DNA of 56,145 bases from Candidatus Zixiibacteriota bacterium (GTDB taxonomy: Bacteria; RBG-13-66-14; B26-G2; WVWN01): the NCBI GenBank assembly GCA_050117845.1, contig JASFLY010000018.1:1-56145 (forward strand), read 5' to 3'. The notes below the pieces were generated by a model that was given only the letters and a program-made list of their open reading frames with translations, was not told where the DNA came from and ran no database searches. The translations under genes and the position numbers were made by a program. Below are positions 8,379 through 17,449 of the stretch, piece by piece; positions within the stretch are counted from its first letter, which is position 1, and every line of letters starts with the position of its first letter.

Positions 8379-9833
8379 CTACTTCCAGACTCCCGGCCGC
8401 CAGCGCAAGAACCACATCCGCACGTCCGCGGCCACCGCGCGCATCATCGCCCGGAACGGCACCGCCCGCGGTTCCTCCACCGCCGAAATCGGCACCAGCG
8501 CCGACAGCCGCAGCACGGCCGTTATGATGAACGCCACCTTGAAGTTGACGAGTTGCCACCCGAAAAGCGAGACGTACGTCGGCAGCATCGCGACGAACTG
8601 GCCGGACCCCAGCGTGGCCGCCAGGCCACAAACCCCGCCCACGACCGCGTAGACCGCGGCGTAGCTGTCGCGCCGGCCCGCCGGGCTGAACCCGATGATG
8701 AAGTTGATAGCGGCCACGCTCGCCCCCGCCCACATCGCCCCGGACGTGAACGCCTCGAACCATATCCACCAGTAGCGGCCCGGCTCCATGAAGACGTACG
8801 CCGTGGCGTTGGCCGCCGCGATCATGACCAATACCCGGAATACGGTTTTATTGCCGAATCGGTCAATCAGCTTGCCCCACGCCGCCGCCATGACGGCCAT
8901 CGCGACTACGAAGACCGAGTTGTAAAGCTGCATCGCCGTGAGCGACATCCCCAGCGTCTTCAGCATGAACGGGTGGAAGAAGGGCGCGCCGAACGAAGCG
9001 GCGAAGAACCACCATCCGTAGAAGTAAACCAGCCGGCGAAAGCGCTTGTCCCGCAGGGGCTCCGCGAACGACCGGAAAAAGAAACGTGTCGCCGGGGCCG
9101 GCCGGTCCCGCTGGCGCAGCAGGAGCAGCGTGGACGCGATGCCCGCGACGCCGGCGAACGTGAAGATTATTACGTAGGCGTACTTCTCGCCGATGCCACT
9201 GATATACTCGGCCGCCGGCCCCAGAAGGCCGCGGAAGAACCCGGCCAGGCCCCTGTCGCCGGACGGGCCGGACAGGTCCTTGAAGATACTGGCGGCGAAC
9301 GCGGCCACCAGGCCGATGCCGGTCATCAACTGCAGGCGCTTCCCGAGGAAGCGGCCCCGCACCCGCTCCGGGACCGTGGCGCCGATCCACCCGGTCCACA
9401 CGTTGGTCATTATTCCGGTGAAAACCTGGGACACCAGGAAACAGGCGATGATGAGGACGAGCGCGACTTCCGCGTCGAAGTAAAGCAGCGCCAGCGGCAC
9501 CAGGAAAATCATGCCCCGCGCCGCGGCGCTCGACGCGACGACGACCTTCTTGCGGGAACCGCCGAAGAGCGGCAGCAGGGCAGGCCCGAGGATTTGCGAA
9601 ATCTGTACGAGCGCGGCCGCCGAGAAGATGAAGCCGAAGGCCCGGCCCGCGGCGCCGAGGCTCAACGCCAGCGCCGTCACGAACGCCGACCACGCCCCGG
9701 CCAGGTTCACGAAGACCTGGCCGAAGAGGCCCTCGACCACGGAGGCCCTCATGTCGGCCCGGGCGCGAATCGGAACGCCCGCCGGCAACGCGGGCGGACG
9801 CTGGGTACTGCCGCGGTCTAGCGCGTCGGTCAC
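8379..9833 (-). CDS. MFS transporter
   Basis: About 12 hydrophobic segments; VPERVRGRFLG and WGKLIDRFGNK loops. Confidence 0.88.
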   Translation of the reverse strand: MTDALDRGSTQRPPALPAGVPIRARADMRASVVEGLFGQVFVNLAGAWSAFVTALALSLGAAGRAFGFIFSAAALVQISQILGPALLPLFGGSRKKVVVASSAAARGMIFLVPLALLYFDAEVALVLIIACFLVSQVFTGIMTNVWTGWIGATVPERVRGRFLGKRLQLMTGIGLVAAFAASIFKDLSGPSGDRGLAGFFRGLLGPAAEYISGIGEKYAYVIIFTFAGVAGIASTLLLLRQRDRPAPATRFFFRSFAEPLRDKRFRRLVYFYGWWFFAASFGAPFFHPFMLKTLGMSLTAMQLYNSVFVVAMAVMAAAWGKLIDRFGNKTVFRVLVMIAAANATAYVFMEPGRYWWIWFEAFTSGAMWAGASVAAINFIIGFSPAGRRDSYAAVYAVVGGVCGLAATLGSGQFVAMLPTYVSLFGWQLVNFKVAFIITAVLRLSALVPISAVEEPRAVPFRAMMRAVAADVRMWFLRWRPGVWK

Positions 9834-10738
9834 GATTCTCCCAGGTCCTTCAACACGCCCAGCGTGTATTCGGCCACGCGGTCGTAATCGTCCACGACGA
9901 TGGCCCCGGCCTCGCGTAGGGCCCCGACCTTACCCTCGTACGTCCCCCGGCCGCCCTCGATGATGGCGCCGGCGTGGGAGAAACGCGTCCCCTCCTTCGC
10001 GGCCTTGCCGCCGATGAACGCGACGACCGGTTTCGTTACCACGCCCTCGGCCAGCAGTTCGGCCACCTTCTCCTCCTGGCTTCCGCCTATCTCGCCGAAC
10101 ATAACGACCGCCTTGGTCGCCGGGTCCTCCTGGAACAGCCGCACGGCGTCCTGGTGGGGCGTCCCGACGATGGGGTCGCCGCCGACGTGGATGAGGGTGG
10201 TCGCGCCGATTCCCGCCTTGCCCAGGTAGTACGCGAGCGACGACGTAATGCCGCCCGAACGCGACGAGATGCCCACCGGCCCCGGCCGGAACCACTTCCG
10301 CGCCGACTCCGCCCGGCCGCCCACCATCCCGAGGACCGCCTGGTCCACGGAGAGGATACCCAGCGTATTGGGGCCGACGTAACGGGCACGGGCATCCCGG
10401 GCCGCCGCGTCGATGCTGAGCACGTCCCACAAGGGCACCCGGTCCGGCACGAGCACGGCCAGCTTGACGCCGGCGGCGAACGCCTCCAGCGCGGCTTCCC
10501 GCACCGCCGGCCCCGGGACGAAGACGACCGAGGCGTAAACGTCGCCGACCGCCTCCACGGCCGCGAGCGCGGTGTCGAAGACGGGGACGCCCTCGACTTC
10601 CTCGCCGCCGTGCCCCGGCGAAACGCCGGCGACGACGTTAGCGCCGTAACCTTTCATGAGGCGGGTGCGGGCGCGGCCTTCGCGGCCGGTGATGCCCTGG
10701 ACCAGAACCGGGTCGGTATTGTTTATTAGTATAGACAT
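9830..10738 (-). CDS. CoA-ligase alpha subunit (SucD / citryl-CoA synthetase small subunit-like)
   Basis: Start MSILINN at 10738; VQGITGREG, GPNTLG, SRSGG and GEIGG motifs; phospho-His in FSHAGA. Confidence 0.88.
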   Translation of the reverse strand: MSILINNTDPVLVQGITGREGRARTRLMKGYGANVVAGVSPGHGGEEVEGVPVFDTALAAVEAVGDVYASVVFVPGPAVREAALEAFAAGVKLAVLVPDRVPLWDVLSIDAAARDARARYVGPNTLGILSVDQAVLGMVGGRAESARKWFRPGPVGISSRSGGITSSLAYYLGKAGIGATTLIHVGGDPIVGTPHQDAVRLFQEDPATKAVVMFGEIGGSQEEKVAELLAEGVVTKPVVAFIGGKAAKEGTRFSHAGAIIEGGRGTYEGKVGALREAGAIVVDDYDRVAEYTLGVLKDLGES

Positions 10739-12288
10739 TACTCGCGCGTTTCTTTCAAGTATTCGTCCAGGCCCGGAATGGGCAACGTTATCCTCCCGCC
10801 GCCGTTCCCCCGGGCCCGACATTCCACCTCGCACGCCAGGCACTCGCTGCAGCGGCCCCGCGCCGCCTCCTCCGGGCTGATATTGAGGACGGGCCGGCCT
10901 TCTTTGAGTTCCAGGATGCCGGGCACGCATTCCTCCACGCAGACCTTCGACTCGCAGGCGTCGCAGCGGGAGTAGTCGAACGAGACCGCGCCGCCGGTAA
11001 CGGTCCCGAAGGAATAGGATGATTCATGCTCGTCGACGGGGGCCTGCGGCGCCGGGGCGCCGTAGTCGAACTCGTCCACCAGCTCGCGGAGGCGCCGGGC
11101 GCAATGCCGCGCCGACGTGTCCTTGCCGTAGCATTCGACGGGGGCGGGAAGGTCCTTCGTGTATTCGGGCAGAATCTGGATGGCCCGCTCTTCCTGGTTG
11201 CCGCCGAGCCGCTCCACACACGGCATGTTCAGGCCGACCTCGCGGAAGGCCTTGACCAGGCCCCGGGCGGAGTGGAACTGCTCCTGGCTCGCGACCCCCG
11301 AGCCGGACCCGAAGTACCCTACGAGGTTCGGCTGGGCCAGGATTATACGGGCGGCCCGGTAGACCTTGCTGGCAGGCGGGTTGCCCGACGTGTCGCAGAA
11401 GTTGGCTATCTTGAAACCCTCGGCCAGCGCCGCGTCCATCGACATCATCGACCCGCCGCCGCCGGCCCCGTGGAAGGCGACGTAACACTCGTCGCGGGTG
11501 AAGCCTTGGGCCATCTGGATGAAGTAGAACGTCCCCCGGTAATCATCCTTCTCGACGTTGTAGGCGATGAGGTCGAGGGCCGTCGGGGGCCGGTCGAACT
11601 CGCGGGCGACCTCGACGCCGAGTTCCGGGTGTCGGAAGACGGCGTAATCGTCTACCGTGATGCGGCAATCGGCGGCCATGACGTCCCCGCCGGCGGTGAT
11701 GACCAGCGGGTTTATCTCGGCGGCCCGGGCCTCGCTGCCGCGGGCGAGTTTCCAGAGTTTGACCAGAAGGTCGGCGACGCCCGTTAGTTCGCGGCCTTGC
11801 AGGCCCGCGCGCCGGGCCAATTCCCGGGCCTCGTATCCGGCCAGGCCCTTCGCCGGGTCGACGTGGTGCCGGGCGACGGCCTCCGGGTGTTCCCGCGCTA
11901 TCTCCTCCACGCCGGAACCGCCCACCGACGAAAATATCAGGAGGGGCCGCCGGGCCTCGTTGTCGATAATAATGCCGGCGTACATCTCCCGGGCTATATC
12001 CAGCTTCTCTTCGACCAGCACGACGTCGCAGCGCTGGCCCTTTATGTCGCGGCCGAGCAGGTCGCTTCCGGCCACGCGTTCCGCTTCTCCGGCGTTATCC
12101 GCGAACTTGATGCCTCCCGCCGCGGCCCGGCCGGTGACGAAAACCTGGGCCTTGATGACGACCGGCCCGCCGACCTCGGCGGCTACCTCGCCGGCCTCCG
12201 CGGCCGTACGGGCCTCGCGCCCCGCGGGCACCTTGACGCCCATCCGGCGGAGTAAGTCTTTCCCTTGATATTCGTATAAACGGGCCAT
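10738..12288 (-). CDS. ATP-grasp CoA-ligase beta subunit (SucC / ACL-beta / citryl-CoA synthetase-like) fused to a C-terminal ferredoxin domain
   Basis: Start MARLYEYQGK at 12288; KAQVFVTGR and EINPL motifs; GGGGSMM and DTSGNPP; C-terminal CDACESKVCVEEC and CSECLACEVEC. Confidence 0.85.
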   Translation of the reverse strand: MARLYEYQGKDLLRRMGVKVPAGREARTAAEAGEVAAEVGGPVVIKAQVFVTGRAAAGGIKFADNAGEAERVAGSDLLGRDIKGQRCDVVLVEEKLDIAREMYAGIIIDNEARRPLLIFSSVGGSGVEEIAREHPEAVARHHVDPAKGLAGYEARELARRAGLQGRELTGVADLLVKLWKLARGSEARAAEINPLVITAGGDVMAADCRITVDDYAVFRHPELGVEVAREFDRPPTALDLIAYNVEKDDYRGTFYFIQMAQGFTRDECYVAFHGAGGGGSMMSMDAALAEGFKIANFCDTSGNPPASKVYRAARIILAQPNLVGYFGSGSGVASQEQFHSARGLVKAFREVGLNMPCVERLGGNQEERAIQILPEYTKDLPAPVECYGKDTSARHCARRLRELVDEFDYGAPAPQAPVDEHESSYSFGTVTGGAVSFDYSRCDACESKVCVEECVPGILELKEGRPVLNISPEEAARGRCSECLACEVECRARGNGGGRITLPIPGLDEYLKETRE

Positions 12289-12452
12289 ATGTTTTGATAT
12301 TACGCTGGCGCCGGCCTCGGGCCGCGCGCCTCTCGAAACGGGCCGCATTATAAGATTTTCGGCGCCACGTCCGCAACAGAAAAGGCCGCGCGCCCGGCGG
12401 ACCCCCCTCATCCAGCCCTAAAGTAGTTTCGTAATTCGGGCAAGGTTTTCTT

Positions 12453-12482
12453 TTGACAACTATCGATATCTAATGTTATATT
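12453..12482 (+). promoter_or_regulatory. sigma70-type promoter for the S4-pheST operon
   Basis: TTGACA-18 nt-TATATT with an extended -10 TG. Confidence 0.6.
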
Positions 12483-12496
12483 CGCAAAAGTCGATA

Positions 12497-12784
12497 ATGC
12501 GCTTAGATAAATTCTTAGTCGTCTCCAGGCTGGTCAAACAGCGGTCGCGCGCCAAGGAAACTTGTGACGCCGGGCACGTAAAAATCGGCGGAAAGAGCGC
12601 GAAACCTTCCCACAATGTCCAACCCGGGGACACGATCGAGTTAACGCTGCCCCGCCGGCGGCTCGTATTCCGCGTTGCAGAGTTGCCCAGGTCCAAGAAC
12701 GTCTCCAAGGCCGAGGCGCCGGAGCTTTACGAAATCGTAAGCGACGAAAGCATAGGTTCGGATTTTGACGGAAGACGCGAGTAA
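12497..12784 (+). CDS. S4-domain RNA-binding protein (Hsp15/RqcP-like)
   Basis: MRLDKFL..SRLVKQRSRAKE.CDAGHV...AKPS..V.PGD. Confidence 0.9.
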   Translation: MRLDKFLVVSRLVKQRSRAKETCDAGHVKIGGKSAKPSHNVQPGDTIELTLPRRRLVFRVAELPRSKNVSKAEAPELYEIVSDESIGSDFDGRRE

Positions 12785-13799
12785 ATTTCTGAAAAACGTT
12801 GCCGAATTGAAGGCGGCGGCGGAGAAATCCGCGGCCGAGGTGGCCGACGCGGCCTCGCTCGAACGCTGGCGCGTGGAGTTCCTGGGCCGCAAATCGGCCG
12901 TCAGCGGCATGGGCAAAGGCCTCTCCGCCCTGTCGGCCGAGGATAAACCGGCCGCGGGCCAGGCCCTCAACGAGCTTCGTAACGCCCTGCAAACGCAGTA
13001 CGACGCGCTGGAGAAAAAAGTGGCGGCGAAGCCGGCCGCGACAGGCGAACCGTCGGTAGACTATACGCTGCCCGGAACGCCGGTGCAAACCGGTACGCTC
13101 CACCCCATAACCAAAACGTGTTACGAGATTATCTCGTTCTTCGCGAAATTGGGCTTCACCGTGGCCTACGGGCCGGAGGTCGAGGACGAATACCACAACT
13201 TCAGCGCCCTCAACTTCCCCCCGGAGCACCCGAGCCGCGACGCCCAGGATACGCTCTATATCGACGACGAATACCTTCTTCGGACCCATACGTCGCCGGT
13301 GCAGGCACGCGTCATGTTGGTCGAGGAACCGCCCTTGCGGGTTATCGTACCCGGCCGCTGCGCCCGGGCGGACGCCGTGGACGCTTCCCACTACCCGGTG
13401 TTCCACCAGGTGGAAGGCCTGCTCGTCGACGAGAACGTCTCGATGGGCGACCTCAAGGGGACGCTGGCCGCGTTCGCCGAATATATCTTCGGCCCCGGGA
13501 CCGGGATTCGTTTCCGCCCCGACTACTTCCCGTTCACCGAACCGTCGGCGGACCTGTCCGTAACCTGCGTCGTGTGCGGCGGGGAGGGCTGTTCGACGTG
13601 CGGCAAGACCGGCTGGCTGGAGATAGCCGGCGCCGGCATGGTTCACCCCAACGTCTTCCGCAACGTCGGCTATGACCCGGAGCACTGGGTCGGTTACGCC
13701 TTCGGCATGGGCATCGAACGGATCGCCATGCTCCGGCACGGCATCACCGACATCCGCTTGTTCTACGAAAACGATTTCGAATTCCTGAGGCAATTCTAA
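12765..13799 (+). CDS. pheS: Phenylalanine--tRNA ligase alpha subunit
   Basis: HPSRDAQDT, LLRTHTSPVQ, FHQVEGL, YFPFTEPS and FGMGIERIAM motifs. Confidence 0.97.
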   Translation: MTEDASKFLKNVAELKAAAEKSAAEVADAASLERWRVEFLGRKSAVSGMGKGLSALSAEDKPAAGQALNELRNALQTQYDALEKKVAAKPAATGEPSVDYTLPGTPVQTGTLHPITKTCYEIISFFAKLGFTVAYGPEVEDEYHNFSALNFPPEHPSRDAQDTLYIDDEYLLRTHTSPVQARVMLVEEPPLRVIVPGRCARADAVDASHYPVFHQVEGLLVDENVSMGDLKGTLAAFAEYIFGPGTGIRFRPDYFPFTEPSADLSVTCVVCGGEGCSTCGKTGWLEIAGAGMVHPNVFRNVGYDPEHWVGYAFGMGIERIAMLRHGITDIRLFYENDFEFLRQF

Positions 13800-13803
13800 G
13801 CTT

Positions 13804-15795
13804 ATGAAATACAGCCTGACATGGCTCAACGACTACTGCCCGGCCGTCCTACCGCCCGAGAAGCTGGCCGAACAACTCACCATGGCCGGTTTCGAGGTGG
13901 AGTCTCTGACGCAGGTGGGCGGCGACGTCATCTTCGACGTCGACGTCGTGCCGGTGCGCGGCGACTGCCTCTCGATGATCGGCCTGTCCCGGGAGATATC
14001 GTCGTTGACCAGCGCCCCGCTCATCCTGCCGCCGGCGCTCATTAAAGAAGTAAACATCCCGAAAGAATTGTCGGTCGACGTGGACCTGGTGGACCAGGAC
14101 CTCTGCCCCCGGTACACCGCCCGCATCGTGACCGACCTTAAGGTCGGCCCCTCCCCCCCCTGGATGGCGGAGCGCCTCGAGGCCGTGGGGGTCCGCGCCC
14201 TCAATAACGTCGTAGACATCACGAACTACGTCAACCTCGAGATGGGCCAACCCCTCCACGCCTTCGACCTGGCGAAAATCCGCAGCCAAAAGCTGATCAT
14301 CCGGCGAGCCGCGCCCGGCGAGAAAATCGCCCTTATAGACGACACCGAACTCGAACTCTGCGAGGATGACCTGGTCATCGCCGACGGCGAGGGCGCATCG
14401 GCGCTCGCCGGCGTCATGGGCGGCCGCGACAGCGAGGTGTCCGAATCCACCGAGGCCGTGCTTATCGAGAGCGCCCACTTCGACCCGGTCAGCATCCGCC
14501 GAACCGCCCGCCGCTACGGCCTTTCGACCGAATCCTCCTACCGCTTCGAACGCGGCACCGACCCGACGACGACGCTCGCCGCCGCGGACCGCGCGGCCGC
14601 TCTCATGGCCGAGTTCGCCGGCGGCACTATCCTGGGGCCCCCCTCCGACCGGGGCCAACTCGAGTGGTCGCGGCCGGCCATAGTCCTGCGGCCCGCCCGC
14701 GCCAATATGCTGATGGGCACGAGCCTCACGGGCGAGGACATGGCGGTTCTCCTCCGGCGCCTGTATTTCGACGTCGGCCTGGACCGCATGGAAAACCTCG
14801 TCATCTCGGCGCCGTCGTTCCGGCGGGACGTCAACTCCGAAATCGAAGTGGTGGAAGAGGTCGTCCGCGCTTACGGCTACGACAACGTCGAGGCCACGCT
14901 GCCCGGCGGCCGGCTCCCCCGGCCCCGGCGGGTCCCGCGCGAGGAGTTCGAACGCGATACCCGGGAACTCCTCACGGCGACCGGCTTCTCGGAAGTCTAT
15001 TCGCCGAGCTTCGTCGACGAGAAAACGCTCGCCGGCCACGGCCTCGACGTCGCCGAAGCGGTACCGGTCGCGAATCCGACGGTGAGCCAATTTTCCCACC
15101 TGCGGCCGGCGCTTTGGCCCGCGCTGGCCGAAGTCGCCCGGCGGAACGGCCGACTGGGCGCGCCGTCGGTACTAATATTCGAAATTGGCACCGTCTTCTC
15201 GCCGGATGCGGACGGGGGCGTCGCCGAGGAACTGCACCTCGCCGCCCTCGCCGCCGGCGAAGACCGCCCCCGGCGCTGGGGCCGGGCACCCGAAGAAGTG
15301 GACTACTTCTTCCTCAAAGGCGTGGCGCAGGAGCTGGCGCGCAGGGCCGGCCTCGACGTCGCGTGGCGGGCGGACGGCTTCGATATCGGCGACGCGGCGG
15401 GACGCTATTCTCGTTTGGACGTCGAGCCCTTCGGCGAGTGCCACGTCCTCGAACTCGACGTGACGCCGCTCGCCGGGACGGCCGCGGTCGCGAGCCGGTA
15501 CCGCCCCATCTCCCGCTTTCCCTCCGTCGTGCGCGACCTGGCCCTCGTACTCAAAGCGGAAACGCCGGCGGCCGACGTCATCGCCGCTATAGAGAAATCC
15601 AGCGACCTGGTCCGGGACGTCGCGGTGTTCGACGTCTTCGCCGGGAAAGGCATCCCGGAGGGCCACAAAAGCCTGGGCGTCCGCGTACGCTACCAGGCCG
15701 ACGATCGCACGCTGACGGACGAAGAGGCGAACGACGCCCGGGAATCGGCCATCGGAATCCTAGCCGCCGATTTCGGGGCGACTTTGCGCAGTTAG
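13804..15795 (+). CDS. pheT: Phenylalanine--tRNA ligase beta subunit (short form)
   Basis: RGDCLSMIG, VDITNYV, GQPLHAFD and SYRFERG motifs plus an FDX-ACB C-terminus. Appears to lack the B2 OB domain. Confidence 0.95.
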   Translation: MKYSLTWLNDYCPAVLPPEKLAEQLTMAGFEVESLTQVGGDVIFDVDVVPVRGDCLSMIGLSREISSLTSAPLILPPALIKEVNIPKELSVDVDLVDQDLCPRYTARIVTDLKVGPSPPWMAERLEAVGVRALNNVVDITNYVNLEMGQPLHAFDLAKIRSQKLIIRRAAPGEKIALIDDTELELCEDDLVIADGEGASALAGVMGGRDSEVSESTEAVLIESAHFDPVSIRRTARRYGLSTESSYRFERGTDPTTTLAAADRAAALMAEFAGGTILGPPSDRGQLEWSRPAIVLRPARANMLMGTSLTGEDMAVLLRRLYFDVGLDRMENLVISAPSFRRDVNSEIEVVEEVVRAYGYDNVEATLPGGRLPRPRRVPREEFERDTRELLTATGFSEVYSPSFVDEKTLAGHGLDVAEAVPVANPTVSQFSHLRPALWPALAEVARRNGRLGAPSVLIFEIGTVFSPDADGGVAEELHLAALAAGEDRPRRWGRAPEEVDYFFLKGVAQELARRAGLDVAWRADGFDIGDAAGRYSRLDVEPFGECHVLELDVTPLAGTAAVASRYRPISRFPSVVRDLALVLKAETPAADVIAAIEKSSDLVRDVAVFDVFAGKGIPEGHKSLGVRVRYQADDRTLTDEEANDARESAIGILAADFGATLRS

Positions 15796-15824
15796 TACCG
15801 CGTTAACGTTATCGTTAAGGAGCT

Positions 15825-16160
15825 GTGGCCATGGACAACCTCGGGAGTCTCGAAGAGAAGGTAATGCTCCTCGTACAAACCGTACGGAAACAGCAGGAAG
15901 AGATGGGCCGGCTCCAGAAAGAAATCGCCCAGCGGGACGAAGAGTTAGAAGCCGCCGGAGCGGAGAAAGAAGAACTCCAGAAGAAAATCGACGACTATCG
16001 TCAACTCGGAGCCGAGAACGAAGTACTGAGAAACAAACACGAAGAGGCTCGCGTCCGCGTCGACCAGATAATTACCAAGCTGGAGAAATTCGAAGCGGAG
16101 ATAGGCAGCGGCGCGAGCGGCCAGGCCGAATTGATAACCGAGGACAACGGCGAAGAGTAA
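15825..16160 (+). CDS. ZapB-like coiled-coil cell division protein
   Basis: All coiled coil (LEEKV...RVDQIITKLE), located between pheT and zapA; AAGGAG RBS. Confidence 0.7.
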   Translation: MAMDNLGSLEEKVMLLVQTVRKQQEEMGRLQKEIAQRDEELEAAGAEKEELQKKIDDYRQLGAENEVLRNKHEEARVRVDQIITKLEKFEAEIGSGASGQAELITEDNGEE

Positions 16161-16194
16161 GGCCGGTCGCGGCCCGTAACCCACGGGGGTCCCC

Positions 16195-16485
16195 ATGACG
16201 GCAAGCAAACAGACCACTAAAGTTACTATCTTCGGCGTAGAATATTCCATCACCAGCGACCGGAATCCGGAAGAAGTCCGAAGGATAGCCAAATTCGTCG
16301 ACGATAAGATGTGGGAAATTTCGGAGAACAACAACCTCATCTCGACGGAAAAAGTGGCCATCCTAACCGCTTTGAATATCGCCGAGGATTTCCTGCACAC
16401 GCTGGAGCAGCGCAAAAAAGAAAAAGAACGCGTCGAGAAGAAAACGTCTAGTATCATCAAACTTATAGACGAGTCGCGTTTATAA
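16195..16485 (+). CDS. zapA: Cell division protein ZapA
   Basis: VTIFGVEYSI, IAKFVDDKM and AILTALNIA motifs. Confidence 0.9.
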   Translation: MTASKQTTKVTIFGVEYSITSDRNPEEVRRIAKFVDDKMWEISENNNLISTEKVAILTALNIAEDFLHTLEQRKKEKERVEKKTSSIIKLIDESRL

Positions 16486-16513
16486 TATAGTCGCCGTATT
16501 CGAGGCTATTAAT

Positions 16514-17449
16514 ATGGCGGCGGTGAATACGTTGGGCATCGACGTAGGCGGGACCACTACGGTAGTCGCGCTGCTCGATGCCCATAATCACGTCCGGGGG
16601 GAAGCGTCCTTCCCGACGCGCCCCGAGGCCGGGTTCGAGGACTGCATCGGCCGGATAGGCCGGGCCGCCGCCGAACTCCCTGCCGACTTCGGCGCCGCCG
16701 GCGCCGCCGTCGCGGCGTACGTGGACTCCCGGACCGGCATCCTCGCCGGCTCGCCCAACCTGCGATGGGAGAACGTGCCCTTCGGCCCCCGCCTGGCCGA
16801 AGAACTGGGCGTCCCTGTCGCCGTGGAGAACGACGTCAACGCCGCCGCGTACGGCGAATTCCGGGCCGACCTCGCCGCACGGCAACCCCTCCTCGCGGTC
16901 TTCGTAGGGACCGGCGTGGGCGGCGGCCTGATAACCGGCGGCGACATCTACCGCGGCGCCGACGGCTTCGGCGTCGAGTTGGGACACGTGCCGGTCGTGG
17001 CCGAAGGCGGCGAGTTGTGCGGCTGCGGCCGCCGGGGCTGCGTCGAGGCATACGCCGGCGGTTCGGCCATCGTCCGTCGGGCGGCGGACCGAGCGAGCGA
17101 CACGGCCTTCGACGACGTGGACGCCGTCGTCCGGGCGGCCGATGCCGGCGACGACGCCTGCCGCGTCGCGCTGGACCAGGCGGCCGAGTACCTGGGGATG
17201 GCCCTCGCCGCCGCGGTGAACCTCTTTAATCCGGGGACGCTCGTTATGGGGGGAGGCGTAACCCGGGCCTGGCCGCCGCTTATAGAGCGGGCCGCGGCAC
17301 GGATGCGCGAGAGCGCCCTTCCCTCTTCGCTCGCGGCCCTCGCCGTCAGGCCGGCGCTGCTGGGCGGCCGGGCCGGCGTAGTCGGCGCCGCCGCGCTGGC
17401 CCACGACACCCTGGCAGGCGGCCGGGCGGACAACACATGCGACGCTTAA
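16514..17449 (+). CDS. ROK family sugar kinase (glucokinase-like)
   Basis: GIDVGGT, ENDVNAAA, GTGVGGG and ELGH..CGCG..GCVE motifs. Confidence 0.92.
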   Translation: MAAVNTLGIDVGGTTTVVALLDAHNHVRGEASFPTRPEAGFEDCIGRIGRAAAELPADFGAAGAAVAAYVDSRTGILAGSPNLRWENVPFGPRLAEELGVPVAVENDVNAAAYGEFRADLAARQPLLAVFVGTGVGGGLITGGDIYRGADGFGVELGHVPVVAEGGELCGCGRRGCVEAYAGGSAIVRRAADRASDTAFDDVDAVVRAADAGDDACRVALDQAAEYLGMALAAAVNLFNPGTLVMGGGVTRAWPPLIERAAARMRESALPSSLAALAVRPALLGGRAGVVGAAALAHDTLAGGRADNTCDA

